The notes beneath the pieces were generated by a model. The model did not search any database and had not been told where the DNA came from. It was given only the letters and a program-made list of their open reading frames with translations. 64,000 bases of DNA from Lingula anatina. Taxonomy: Eukaryota > Animalia > Brachiopoda. Both the position numbers and the translations under genes were made by a program. This document shows positions 38,601-50,085 of this stretch, in pieces. Position 1 is the first letter of the stretch; every line of letters starts with the position of its first letter. Location: positions 18,418,848 through 18,482,847 of the forward strand of contig CM120643.1 of the NCBI GenBank assembly GCA_051362555.1, in the 5' to 3' direction.

Positions 38601-41600
38601 CTGAATGTTATCTGATTTTTGCATAGCCCAGCTCAACTAATGATATGACATAAGATTTCCCACAAATGACAAAGAAAGATAAATAGCTAATTAAAATGGA
38701 AAAATAAACAGATTCAAAAGCTAAACTGGGACAAAATTGGGTATATCATACAGACTTTTGAAAGAAATTTTGTTTTACCAGAATAAAACAAAAAACAGTT
38801 GGGACTATTTCATGGTAAAAACATGCTTACAGAAATGTCCCACTGCATCTCGTACCTCTAAATGCCTGGTTAATTGAACTGATATCTCGAAATTTCGTCG
38901 TAACACTGCTTATATAAAACCATGGTAAACCTAATGGTGTTATCGAATCCTTGTTCCACCCAAGTTTATTACCCTAAAGAAAACAATGAGAAAACTACAC
39001 CTGAAGGAACAACAGAAGGTGACCTTGGCGTAATAGACTGCGACCTTATGAAAGGCTGATTAGTTTTTCCAATGCTGGTTTGACGCATGTTACATAATCA
39101 GAGTGAATTGTTGACGTCATATTGTGTCTGGACTTGCATGACCTCCGGGTAAGATGACCCGGAGGTCGACAGCCCCCATTGTCCCCACTGTCTGTCACTT
39201 TCAATGACAGATCGGGGAGACCCAGTTGACAGGGGCTGAGGCTATATTAGGTTGTAAACATGGCTGGAGGATCAAGGATGAATAGGACAGAATAAACATG
39301 TTTCTTTCTGTGATTTATATGTCAGACTGCGAGACAGGCAAGTAAGGTTTGAGCATGGTTACCCAATTTTGTACCATGGCATGTTTATAAATGACAACAG
39401 ACTTTTAAATGTACTTGAAAAAGATTGTTTTACTTTACTTCACTAAGAATTTGCAAAGGTATTGATGAAGGATTATTTCCCTCCTCTAAGGTAATAGCTG
39501 ACACTGTATGGGAAAATATTAGTAAAATTATTGATACCAGTGCTTTACTGTTTTGCTCTTGAATCATGCAAATTCCAGCATGTCAATGAAATTTGAAGTC
39601 CGCATGCTGAGGAAAATGAAGTAGACTTTACACTTCATGATTTTTTTCTTTTTAGTGTACTAAAAAACCTAGTGTATACTACTAAACCGAGGTTTCTATA
39701 AGCACACTTTTTGGGATCTTGAAGCCTTTTGTCCCCTTTCATATTGAGCACTATGTTTTAGCCATATAGCCTATATACTATAGCCTATATACACTTTGAG
39801 AGGTCCTAATACAATATTATACAACAAGGCATTTTTCTGTCTTTTGTAAGTTCTCCACAAGCTTGGTTCCTGCTTTTTTGTTAAATTTAAAAATTAATTA
39901 AGGGGGCATTCAGAACTAGTTGTTAGTCCTCGGATCAAATATGGGTGACCCACTTGAAAGCATGCCACATAATCCCCTAAGAGATACTGAATACATTTCC
40001 CTCAGGGATTATGGAGTAAGCTTTCGAGTGGGTCGGCCACATTTGATCTACAGATCTGTTGGTCGGCAGATCAATTTTGCTTGTAAAGTGCAGTCTAAGT
40101 CTCAATTTAGGTTATTCCCTTGCATGATACGTACCCTGTAAGTGTGAAAGGCACCTTTTATTAAAAAATAAGGGGAAAAAAAACACCCCACCCCAATTTT
40201 CTTACATGATGACCAAAATCCAGTAGAAACTCTCGACATTAAGAACCATAGTGTCGGTTCTTTAAAAGCACCTTGTATGTTTTCAACATGGCTGACATGC
40301 AAACTATAGATCCATCATGGTCTTTCTTTCAGCTAGATTCATTATTGTCTAAGTAATAGCAGAAGGTATGCCTGTTTGGTTTTTATTCTCTTGGCTTTAG
40401 AAATGTAATGATAACATCAATAATACATCAAAGAGGGCTTAAAGACAAACACGCTACAGAAGCAAGTATGTTGGACCTGATTCTGGGTGAAGTGTAAAAT
40501 GAATAAAACATCAGTCCAGGTGATAAGTACGTGATTAATTGATTTTTCCATCATTTTACATATGCAGTATTTTGAAAATATCTGTATAAATATTAAACAA
40601 AAAAGTGTGTGTTTATAAATCATAACACAAATTAGTCTTATGCAAATAGTACCTGGATTAGTTAATTGTGGAAAGAGATTGATTATTGTCGTTATTTTTT
40701 GGGGTTTCTTCCAATGTAGTCAAGACCACCGAGTTTAAGCAGAAAAATTGAAATGATATGTTATTAGTAGAATGGACCCTGGAGAGAACTGCATTGTGAT
40801 TGGTTGGTATTTGAGAAGATAACTTGTTTGGTATCAAAACAGCATATCATAACAGGTCTTTAAAAATCAATAACTGCTTGTTGAAGAAGAAAAAGAGATA
40901 TTATTACGATCTGCCACTGAGCCTTGTATCCTGTTGCAGTGTAATGTTAGGAGAAGAAAGGCATCATATCCTTAAAATAATATCGGACTGGGTTCTATGG
41001 TTGCGTTTTTCAAAACAGTAATTATACCACTGTTTAAACATGATTAAAATTCTTGCACGAAATAACCAAAACCTGAGGGGGGGGGGGGGGAGTTAAGGAA
41101 AAAGGCCCATGTAGAAGTTATGTAGGCACAGGTTTCCTGCTTTTTTGTTGCTTTCTTCAACAGGGAGAGAAAACTTTGCCTGTCATATTCGTGTGTATGT
41201 TCACACACAGGACTTACTCAAACTGGTGGTTGGTCAAAATGTTATAGTGATAACTGTGCCCACTAGGTGTATATAACTAGCTGTCAACTATCATTAGTCC
41301 TCCTCTCTTCCAACTGTCAACTAAAGAAAACTGTTCAGTTATTTTTCGTTAATGCATCACAGATTTGATAAAATTTTGGTTATTTTGTCATAAAAAAAAG
41401 AAATATACTACTCTTTGTTCATTGGTGCTCTGTACCAATCTTGCAACATGTTATATGTGCATTGCAGTTTGGAAGGGGACCTTTATTTAATCAGAGACAT
41501 CCAATTACATTATAAGGGTATATGCAATTATGTAAAATAGGGGGAGCATGCCCTTTTTAACTATGTTTAGGTAAAAACATTCATGCAGCATAACTAGTAA

Positions 41601-44600
41601 TTATTGCCTTTTTATGTAATTTTTTCCAGACACTAAAAGGGAAGTCTGAGACATTAACAGGAATTTTAGATGTTGGAAGTTTTGAAGCAAATAGGTAAGT
41701 AAAAGAATGTAAATTTTGTTAAGTAATGATTACAAGTCTAATGTCAGAGTATATTGTAACTGTTTTTCCCATCAAAATACTCACAATATTTTGCACATGA
41801 AGGGAAAAGAAACAGATTAAAGACTTAGGTTAACTTGTGGTCAAATTGATCCAGTCGGTTTGACTTAAACAAGAAAAAAAAACTTAACCACAATAAATGC
41901 TATTAGTTGCCAATATCAACACTTGATGTTTTGTACTTTAAAAGTGCTTTTCTTTTTTGCACAATGGGTTTTTATATTGCCAGGGGAGATGGAAATATAT
42001 TTCCAAGTAGACTAAAAACACAATGCAAAAAACAATGCATAATGTGTGCATGATATATTGCATTGAGTATTGTATTCTACAGCACTGCATGAGAAAAAAA
42101 TTAAACATATAATGTAATCATATTTAGCTTGCAGCTAATTTACTTCACGCTCAATGCAATTTGTGCAGCATTACATCAATTTTCATTTTCTGCTTTCAGT
42201 AAAGCAATAAATAATGCCTACGAAGAATACGTCCTAGGGGTCGGGGATTTTGACGAGCGCATCTTTCTGGGCGAGGACGCCCACGAGGAGATTGGGACAC
42301 CCGCCAAGTTACAAGTTTACAATCCAGGAGAGCTTTCGGAGAAAATGCGGAATCTTCATCAAAACTTTGATAGTGTGAGTAAAAAAAAAACGTCAGAATA
42401 AAGGGTTTTGGCCGATGGCTAAAAATGGTTGCTTTGATGAAGGAAATGTTGCGCCAAGTTGTCATTAATTTAATGGAAAAAAAGGGGGGAAAAAAGCTTT
42501 GTCTGAAAAATAGTGGCAATATGTCTATACTAAGAAATGCCCCACAGTGAACCAGGAGTTTTAACATTTGTGAATTGTTTTTGAGTCAAGTTTATAAGTT
42601 TATTGCAGAAATCTCAGCAAACATTGTGTAATATTCAATGCCTGGAGTGGCGCCGCATCAACATTGCTCTCCACAGTCATTTCAGTGGCAGCTCTGTTTT
42701 GCCTGATATTCTATAACTTGGTTCAGCTTCTCAGTGGTAAATTTAATGTTTTGGAAAAACTTTAGCTTTGTTTGCCTCCAGTCGAAATTTGTGGAATTTA
42801 TGACAAGCTCTGTGGGAAGAGGAAGACTTGAAATTTAATCGGGGAAAGTTGTAGCAGGAGAAGAAAAATGTTTTTAAAGTGTCTCCAATTTTATCGCCAG
42901 TCCAAGATCCTTGCCCCCTCAACCCCACTTACAGGGAGGCGGTACTTAAAAGACAAGGACCCGTCAGTCACTCCTGTATCCACGGCAACACAAAGCGTTA
43001 GCAGACTACAGGCACTACTGTCAGGAAGAAAGACAAGCCCAAGTGAAGAGTTACTGGAGATTTTTGGGTAAGTCTCAAATAAGAAAGTTTTAGGTTAAGC
43101 AAAATTTAAGGTTAATTTTTTTAGATAAAGAAATATCTAATGTTTTATAATTTTTGCCAGTGCTACTTGTTAATATGTGGCCTATTTGAAAAATATAAAA
43201 AAACATACTTTGCTATTCAAGGGAAACTTGTGTTTATGTTCATAACTCAAAATCTCTTGACAGTTACACAGACGCACTTATTTGAATGGCAACCTACATA
43301 ATTGATCAAGTTTTAAAAAAGTGCTGTGTTTTTGTCCCCCTCCCCCAACACTTTTGCCAAGCTAAATATTCAATTAACACGTGGTTCAATATGCTATCAG
43401 GGACTGCTCGAAGGACCCAACAGAAGATATTATTCAGAGGGTGAAAAAAATGGGAGAGGTTTTCTGTGAAAATTATGCCAAGCCATCAGAAGACCATCCT
43501 GGTTCTCACATAGACTTTGCCAAGAAGAGGCTACAGCTCGGAGAGAGCCTGTATTATAAAGTACTGGAGAATGTGATGGTGAATGAAAAAAGGCGACTGG
43601 GTGTAAAAGATGACAGATTTGATTTTACGGTAAGTTGGGAGACCTATTGTTACTCCTTATTCACATCAGCAGCAGGCAGAAGATGAGCATTCTCACTCAT
43701 GTGTCACATATACTGTGAAGATAGAGGGTTTTGTTGCCCTGTGTCTATCAGAAATGTTAAAAAAATTCAAACCTTTCTAAAAAGAAACATGTACTTTTTT
43801 ATGTTATGGCAAATGAAATGAGAGTGGTACAAGAATCTCCCTCTCTCTGTCTCTCTAACTGATGGGTCACCTAAGCAATAATAGATTTCAAACTGGATGT
43901 CAAATAATCCTCAAACACTACACTCGCACTTTGGAGAATCAGTCATGGCGCAGATCAAGATTGTAGAGAAAACAAGGATTGGGAGTTTGATATTTGTTTT
44001 GTGAAGAGCTGATTGATTGAAGTTATGTATTTCCCCATTTCAGAACCTACTGGAGCAAGATGTGTTTCATAAGTCCCTCTTTGCCTGCTGCCTGGAAATA
44101 GTGATATTTTCTTACAATTCACAGAGGTATGTGTTCTTTCTTCCTCAAACCCCCCCCCCCCCCCCCCCCAAACCCTGGCAAAAAAGGCCTTATATTCATA
44201 CAGCGATACATTGATTTAAATTGCTATAATTTTCAACCATTAAAACACTGAAATTCACACAACTGTAGATATTTCCATAGCCATGGAATGAAGACAATTT
44301 TCACTTCATTTTCAGAACTTCTTTGTGCCCACTGTGCCTTACCCCATTTCCCTATTGCAAAGTGAGAGATGTTTTAATCAGAAAACAATATTGGAAAGCA
44401 ATTTTTTTTAAATTTAATTTTCAGAACTTTCCCATGGATTGTGGATATATTTGACCTTAGTCCTTACTACTTTTACAAAGTGATAGAAGTATTAATCAGG
44501 GCGGAGGACGGTCTCTCAAGAGACGTGGTGAAACATCTAAACCATGTAAGTTGATAAGTTTTTTGATTAATTTTTGGCAAGAGATTGTGACTGACAGTTA

Positions 44601-47600
44601 AAATTGGCCATAAAATTGAAATGGCAATTTCGTAGTTAAGTAGTGCTTATCTCACATAGACAAGTAGAATATTAAAACAGAAACAGTACATAGAAATTGA
44701 GTTTTAAAAAAGTATAGCACTTCTCATTTGGCTACTTGTTTTGTAGCTTTAAGATAAGAATTTTTCTCTGTCTCAGTTTTATATCCTTTGGCATGACTGA
44801 TTAGCAGTAGGAAACCTATATGCAAGGCTATAAATGTACGCTTAACCATGTGTATCAACTGAAACTGAAAATTTTGTCTAATTTATTTACATTAATGTTT
44901 CCAATCATATATTTTAATATTTTCACAGATTGAAGAAAGCATCCTAGAGAGTTTAGCGTGGAGGATGGATTCACCTCTATTCGACGCCATCAAAGCCCAA
45001 GGTGGAGTTCCAACTTGCGAAGAGGTAAATCTGGCTCTGTTTCAGTGCAGCCAGTCGTGACTGTCCTCCCACAGATAATACTATACTTCATTAAAATTTG
45101 AATGATATGTATAATACCGTACGAATAATGTTATATGTAAAGCAATAGAAAAAGGAATGGAAGTTCTAATTTTCCTCCCTAGGTGGCGTTGCCTAGCCAG
45201 ATAGATGGTGGGTCCTCCAGTGGTACGTCTAATCTGCTAAGTTCTCCCATCATGCACCCCCAGCTCAGGAGAGTCATGGGAGAGAGCAGGGTGCAAATTA
45301 AAAAAGGTGAGAGTGAAGCTCTTAATATTTATTTTGTTGTTGTTATTCTTAAATTTTGAATTTTGGTTTTAATCTGGAGAATGATTTAACAAATAGATGT
45401 CAACTGATTCCAATGGCATGATATATATTTGATATATCTTGCAATTAAAAGCAGTTGAATTGCACAGTAAGATAATTGTAGAAGAATTGTTGGAATAATT
45501 GAAGCCAAATGAGAAATGTGAAAAGTTATAGATTGAGATGTGAAAAATTTAGATTAAAGTTACAGATGAAGAGTAATCAGGACTTTTGAATGTACTTTGG
45601 CATACAGTGGGTGTTAAGAGAATTAGTTCTAAAGGAATTATGATAACACACTATTTTTCTAATTTATCAGTTGAGCCCATGCAGTCTCCGACTGGTCCAT
45701 CTGCTGCAGATCGCTTCAGTTCACCTGCTCCAGGATCAGCCAAGAGGCGGCTCTTCACTGGGGGCAGCGTTGGGACCCAAGCACAGCAGATTATTACACT
45801 ACAGCAGGCACAGACATCAGATGGCAGACAGGTAAAATGTGTTATTGACTTAAGATGAATACCTCAAACTGGTTTGCTGTTAGTATATGGTGAAAGGCTG
45901 GAAAGGTCTTGTTAAATGAACAATAACCAATGTGTGTCAAAAGTTTTTTAAATAATATGCTGAAAAACGGCTTCCATAGGTGTTTTCCATATGTGGCAAA
46001 AGGAATTGTTGATAATTGTATGTTTGCAGTTTCTTAATCTGCTTTATTATTGACTTATTTATTATTTAATCAATGTATTATTTAATCAATGTATAAATCT
46101 TTTTTGTTATCAGATACTGATCCCAGTCAGCATCATCCCCAGTTCTAATACCAGTGGCGGAGATGGTTCTTCACCGGTATCCAAGGGGGCCACGTCTGCC
46201 AAAACAAACAAAGCCAAGAAGGGAGGATCTTTAGCTTTGTTCTTTAGAAAGGTAACTGATGATTAGCCTTCTTTGTTGCTTGAACCAGAAGTGCTGAAAG
46301 TATTTTATACAATATCTGGACATTCAGACTGACAGTTGGGATGAATGGTTATTTATATGCTCACACACGCACGCATGCGCACACACACACACACACACAC
46401 ACACCATCTATACCTATTGCTATTTTTCCTTAATGATGGGGAGAGGGGGTGGTGTTAGACTCTCTCGTTTTCCTGACATTTCAGAAGGAAGTATATTGAT
46501 ATCACATGCAGATGGAGTTTATTATTTTAAAAATCAGAATTGAAAAAGACACGCAGCTTTGCAGAATATTTAGACATAAAAATAAGACTCTGGGACATTT
46601 CCAATTGCATGCACCATATCATAACTAATTAACTTTTTTTTTTCCTCATATCAGGTTTATCACATGGCCAGTATCCGTCTTAAAGACCTGTGTGACAGGC
46701 TAGAAGTGAACGAAGACCTGAGGAGAAAGATGTGGACCTGTTTCGAGCAGTCACTTGTCCATCAAATAGAATTAATGCGGGACAGGCACTTAGACCAACT
46801 TATCATGTGTGCCGTTTATGTTATGGCAAAGGTAAGGGAAGTGGGACAGGTATTACAAACATGCATGTGTGTGTGTTTGGAAGTGGTTTTTGATAAAGAG
46901 GTGAAAATGGCACTGGTAAACGAATAAAAGTAAATCTCATTTCATTCATTTGAACTTTTATGCCCCAAAGTAATATAATTCACATTGATGCAGTTTTATA
47001 ATAAAACTTGTGCCAAAAAGATATCTTTCCAGGACATATTTAATGAAATGGTGGATTTACTGTATTTCTAGGTTTCTGGACAAGACCAATCATTCCAGGA
47101 AATCATGAAACTGTACCGCCTTCAGCCCCAGGCTCAGAGTCATGTGTACAGAAGTGTGCTGCTGAAAAGTCGAGCTCGTCACTCGTCAGGGGGCAGTAAT
47201 AGCAGCAACGGTGCCAGCGGCTCTTCCTCTCCAGTTAACATTGAAGAACAGAATAGGGAAAAGGAGAAAAGCAAGTTCCTTTTTCACTGTTTGTTATTTA
47301 TGATTTGACTTGTCACTGCAGTAGTTCAGACTAAGTACATTTTTGTCTAGTACTCCTGTCTTAGTTCTGAGAAAAATGAAAATTATTTTAAATTGATTTC
47401 ATTAATTTATTTGTTTTTTTTTTTAATGTAATAGACATTGGGGTTTGAAATATTTGCTGTTGCTTTAGGTTTCTACAAGAAGCTTTAGCATTGGTCATTT
47501 CTTATTTTTATGTATTTGTTTTTTTTATAATTGTTATTAATTATAATATTTGTTAATAATTTATGAATTCTTTACAGAGAGAACAGAGCGCTTGAGTTCC

Positions 47601-49198
47601 ATCCGTTCCTCCAGCACCTTACCTGTTCCCCATCCAAGCAGCCAGCCTCCCACACCTACTCGCCTCACAGGGACAGGATCTGTGTTCGAGTTTGAGGAAC
47701 GAGGAGATTTGATCAAATTTTACAACTCTGTAAGTTGTTGAAGTTATGAATATATTATTCTGCAACATTAAACATTTGTTCCACTTGAAATGTCTTGTCA
47801 GTAAATGTTTGAAAATTGTTTACATACCAGCAAGTGTTTCTGGTTATTTGGGCTAGAATTTTTTTTTTTTTAACAGTGGAGTCCCAAAGAATCAATAGGC
47901 AATAAGATTTTTGTCACAAACTGATATATTGAGGAGAAACTTTGCAACCTGTAGGCTTTAAGAATTGTTTATCAACTTATTTTACAGTATTTATACTTAT
48001 GTTACATTATTTTAGAAAGTTTACAGAAATGAATAGAATCAGTTGTGTTACTTATTTTTGTTATCTTTTTTCCAAAATATTTTCAGATTTATGTAAAAAA
48101 GATGAAAACATTTGCATTGAAATTCAGCAATAAAGAAGGGGTAAGTTTGTGAACTTTACTACCTTGCTCACGGCTCATGGCCTTTTCCTTAAAGTGAACT
48201 GGAAAGAAATTCATGAACCTGTCAGACAAATGGACTGAGATGAAATAATTCTGGTCACAAATTTTCAGATATAGAAAACAAGTACATTAGTATTGCATCT
48301 CTCCCTTTACTTCAACTAGAACAATTACAATTAATTATCTTCTTACAAAATTTATAACTGCATATGATTCCACAAAGGCATTGGCCTACAAACTGTTTAA
48401 TTAATTTTCTAGCAAACGGCTCCCCCACTGTCCCCCCTTCCACAGCCACGCAGACACCCGACTTCCCCGCGTCGAGTGTCCAGCAAACACGCCGTGTACA
48501 TCTCTCCTGCCAAACAACAGGGGTCGCCACCTCTCACGCCAACAAGCAGAATGTTGTACTGCTTTAACAAAAGCCCTGCCAAGGTTAGTGTTAAGTAGTT
48601 TTGTATTTTATTTGTTTTTATAACATTTTATAGTATTACAGTATCATTTGTAGTAATACATAATAAATATTTTAATATATGGATTGCCTATGTATAAAGA
48701 GCGGGAGGTTTGTGTACATTACAAATAATAGGAACAGTATAAGATATTGGATATATTGATCTTTCATTTTAGATGAAATAATGTCTTGTTTTTTGTATAC
48801 AAACACTGCTTTATTAAATACTACAGAGAAGGAAGGAGTGCATTATTCTCCAAATATAAATTGTTAAATGTAAATAAGCAAAAAAAAAAATGAAAAAAGT
48901 AAGTAAAAATACTTATTTTATATATATTTTCCTTGCTGGTATCTTAAGATTCTGTGTGGTCTTTTAAGGTTTCAAACACATTTTTCTTTTCAATTGTCAG
49001 GATTTGCGCGCTATCAATAACATGATTAGGATGGGTGAGAGGCACAAACAGAGCAGTTTCACCAGTAAACGTATCATTCAGATTGACGGGGATGAACCAT
49101 CAGGAAGCCCCGCAAAGAAAGTCTGCATTGAGCCACAGTTTGGGAAACGCATGCAAGACATTGTGAATGAACGTCAAGAAGTGAATGGAAACAAGTAG
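19378..49198 (+). CDS. RBL1: Retinoblastoma-like pocket protein, p107/p130 (RBL1/RBL2) type; complete, 22 exons, ~1044 aa
   Basis: Exons: 19378-19515, 19683-19816, 22194-22394, 23172-23236, 34758-34883, 38238-38398, 41630-41694, 42200-42374, 42901-43067, 43401-43629, 44044-44126, 44425-44545, 44929-45024, 45183-45306, 45671-45831, 46114-46251, 46655-46831, 47072-47270, 47578-47729, 48087-48140, 48413-48583, 49001-49198 (3135 nt, open frame). Motifs: [31 protein letters not shown]; [15 protein letters not shown]; [13 protein letters not shown]; [18 protein letters not shown]; pocket A ([54 protein letters not shown]); spacer cyclin-binding SAKRRLF; pocket B ([25 protein letters not shown]); C-terminal SPRRVS..VYISP. 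Confidence 0.97.
21610..21990 (+). repeat. Degenerate ~30-bp minisatellite in RBL intron 2, interrupted by the MITE
   Basis: Recurring unit of the form GGATACAGGATTTTAACTCYTGTG (e.g. 21709, 21738, 21773). Removing the MITE restores GGATACTGGACTTAAACTCTTGTG. Confidence 0.6.
21852..21977. mobile_element. 126-bp MITE, PIF/Harbinger (Tourist-like)
   Basis: Perfect 25-bp terminal inverted repeats GGCTTCGTTCACATGGAAAGTCTAT (21852-21876) and ATAGACTTTCCATGTGAACGAAGCC (21953-21977), flanked by TTA direct repeats (21849-21851, 21978-21980). A 3-bp TWA target duplication is typical of PIF/Harbinger. Confidence 0.85.
24892..24952. repeat. (AT)n microsatellite
   Basis: Direct reading, RBL intron 4. Confidence 0.95.
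27458..27830 (+). repeat. Tandem duplication, two ~181-185-bp copies, in RBL intron 4
   Basis: Copy 1 is 27458-27638 and copy 2 is 27639-27823, followed by a residual GTTAGTC. Shared blocks include GTTAGTCATGCCATCGTA.GACAGGTGA, CAGTAATGGTTTGTTTTTCTG, ATTCAACATTGTTATCTGAAAGATAAATGCA and ATTAGTCTAAAGTGAATGGG. Confidence 0.92.
28566..28605. repeat. (AC)20 microsatellite
   Basis: Direct reading, RBL intron 4. Confidence 0.95.
29565..29608. repeat. (GT)22 microsatellite
   Basis: Direct reading, RBL intron 4. Confidence 0.95.
47271..47577 (+). other. Non-canonical GC-AG intron (RBL intron 18)
   Basis: The exon ends ...GAG AAA A|GCAAGT and the acceptor is TTTACAG|AG AGA ACA GAG. This join keeps the frame into [19 protein letters not shown], and no suitable GT donor was seen at the end of this coding stretch. 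Confidence 0.75.
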
Positions 49199-49624
49199 TC
49201 CATTAGTCAGAGTTTATGTCGAGTTAGCTAAAAACTGATGGAGCAGACTTGTGCAAACAAGTCCAAGTAGGAAATGGGGCATGCTGGGAAGGCAGTGGAA
49301 TCATGTTTCCATTTGGATATTATTCAGCAGACATGGATTGTAGATGCTGATAGGCAGAATGGCAGTTTGACCAATTTTTAGGGAGATTTTGTAAGATCCT
49401 TTGTCCTAAATCTGCAGGAATGCAGGTGCCGTGTCCCAGGCTTTTTTATAGTAAAACAATCTGTTGATTTCTTCCAAGGGGAAAAAACTGTGAAAGGGTT
49501 AAATTTTGGAAGAAAAATGGGTTGAAATGGAGCCTGCATATGTTAAAAAACATACTTTTTAATTGATCTCATTTTTCTGTTTTACAACTGTTGAAATTCA
49601 AAATTAGTGTATCAGGGAGGACTA

Positions 49625-50085
49625 GGCTTATGCCACAGTGGGCTGAGCATATGCCAAAGTGGGTGGAGCTTATACCTAGCCACTATAAGCAGGGGTGGAG
49701 TTTATGCCACAGTGGGTGGAGTTTATACCATTGCCACAATGGGTGGAACTTACACCTAGCTACTGTAAGTAGGGGCGGGGTTTATACTACAGTAGGTAGG
49801 GCTTATACTTAGCCACTGTAAGCAGGGATGGAGTTTATGCCACAGTGGGTGGTGCTTATACCATTGCCACAATAAGCAGGCTGACACTGCAGTAGACAAA
49901 AGTTAATGCCACTGTGTGTGAAGCTTTTGCCACAATAGGCAGAGCTTATGCCAAAAAAACAGGTGAATCCTGTGTCATAATGGGTGGAGCTTATACCACA
50001 GCTGGTAGACCTTATGCCACAGGGGGCGGAGCCTATAGTGCCACAGTGGGTGGGGCTTATGCCACAGTAGGTGGACTCTGCCACA
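49625..50085 (+). repeat. GC-rich ~21-bp minisatellite downstream of the RBL stop (probably in the 3'UTR)
   Basis: Repeated unit approximately GTGGGTGGAGCTTATGCCACA with indel variants. It explains ORFs 49591-49812, 49809-50084 and 49914-50105. Confidence 0.9.

Noticed and set aside
39170-39303. H/ACA snoRNA interpretation of the intron-6 hairpins (ATATTA at 39244-39249 as H box)
   Set aside because: No convincing second hairpin ending in a correctly placed ACA. Kept only as an unclassified structure.
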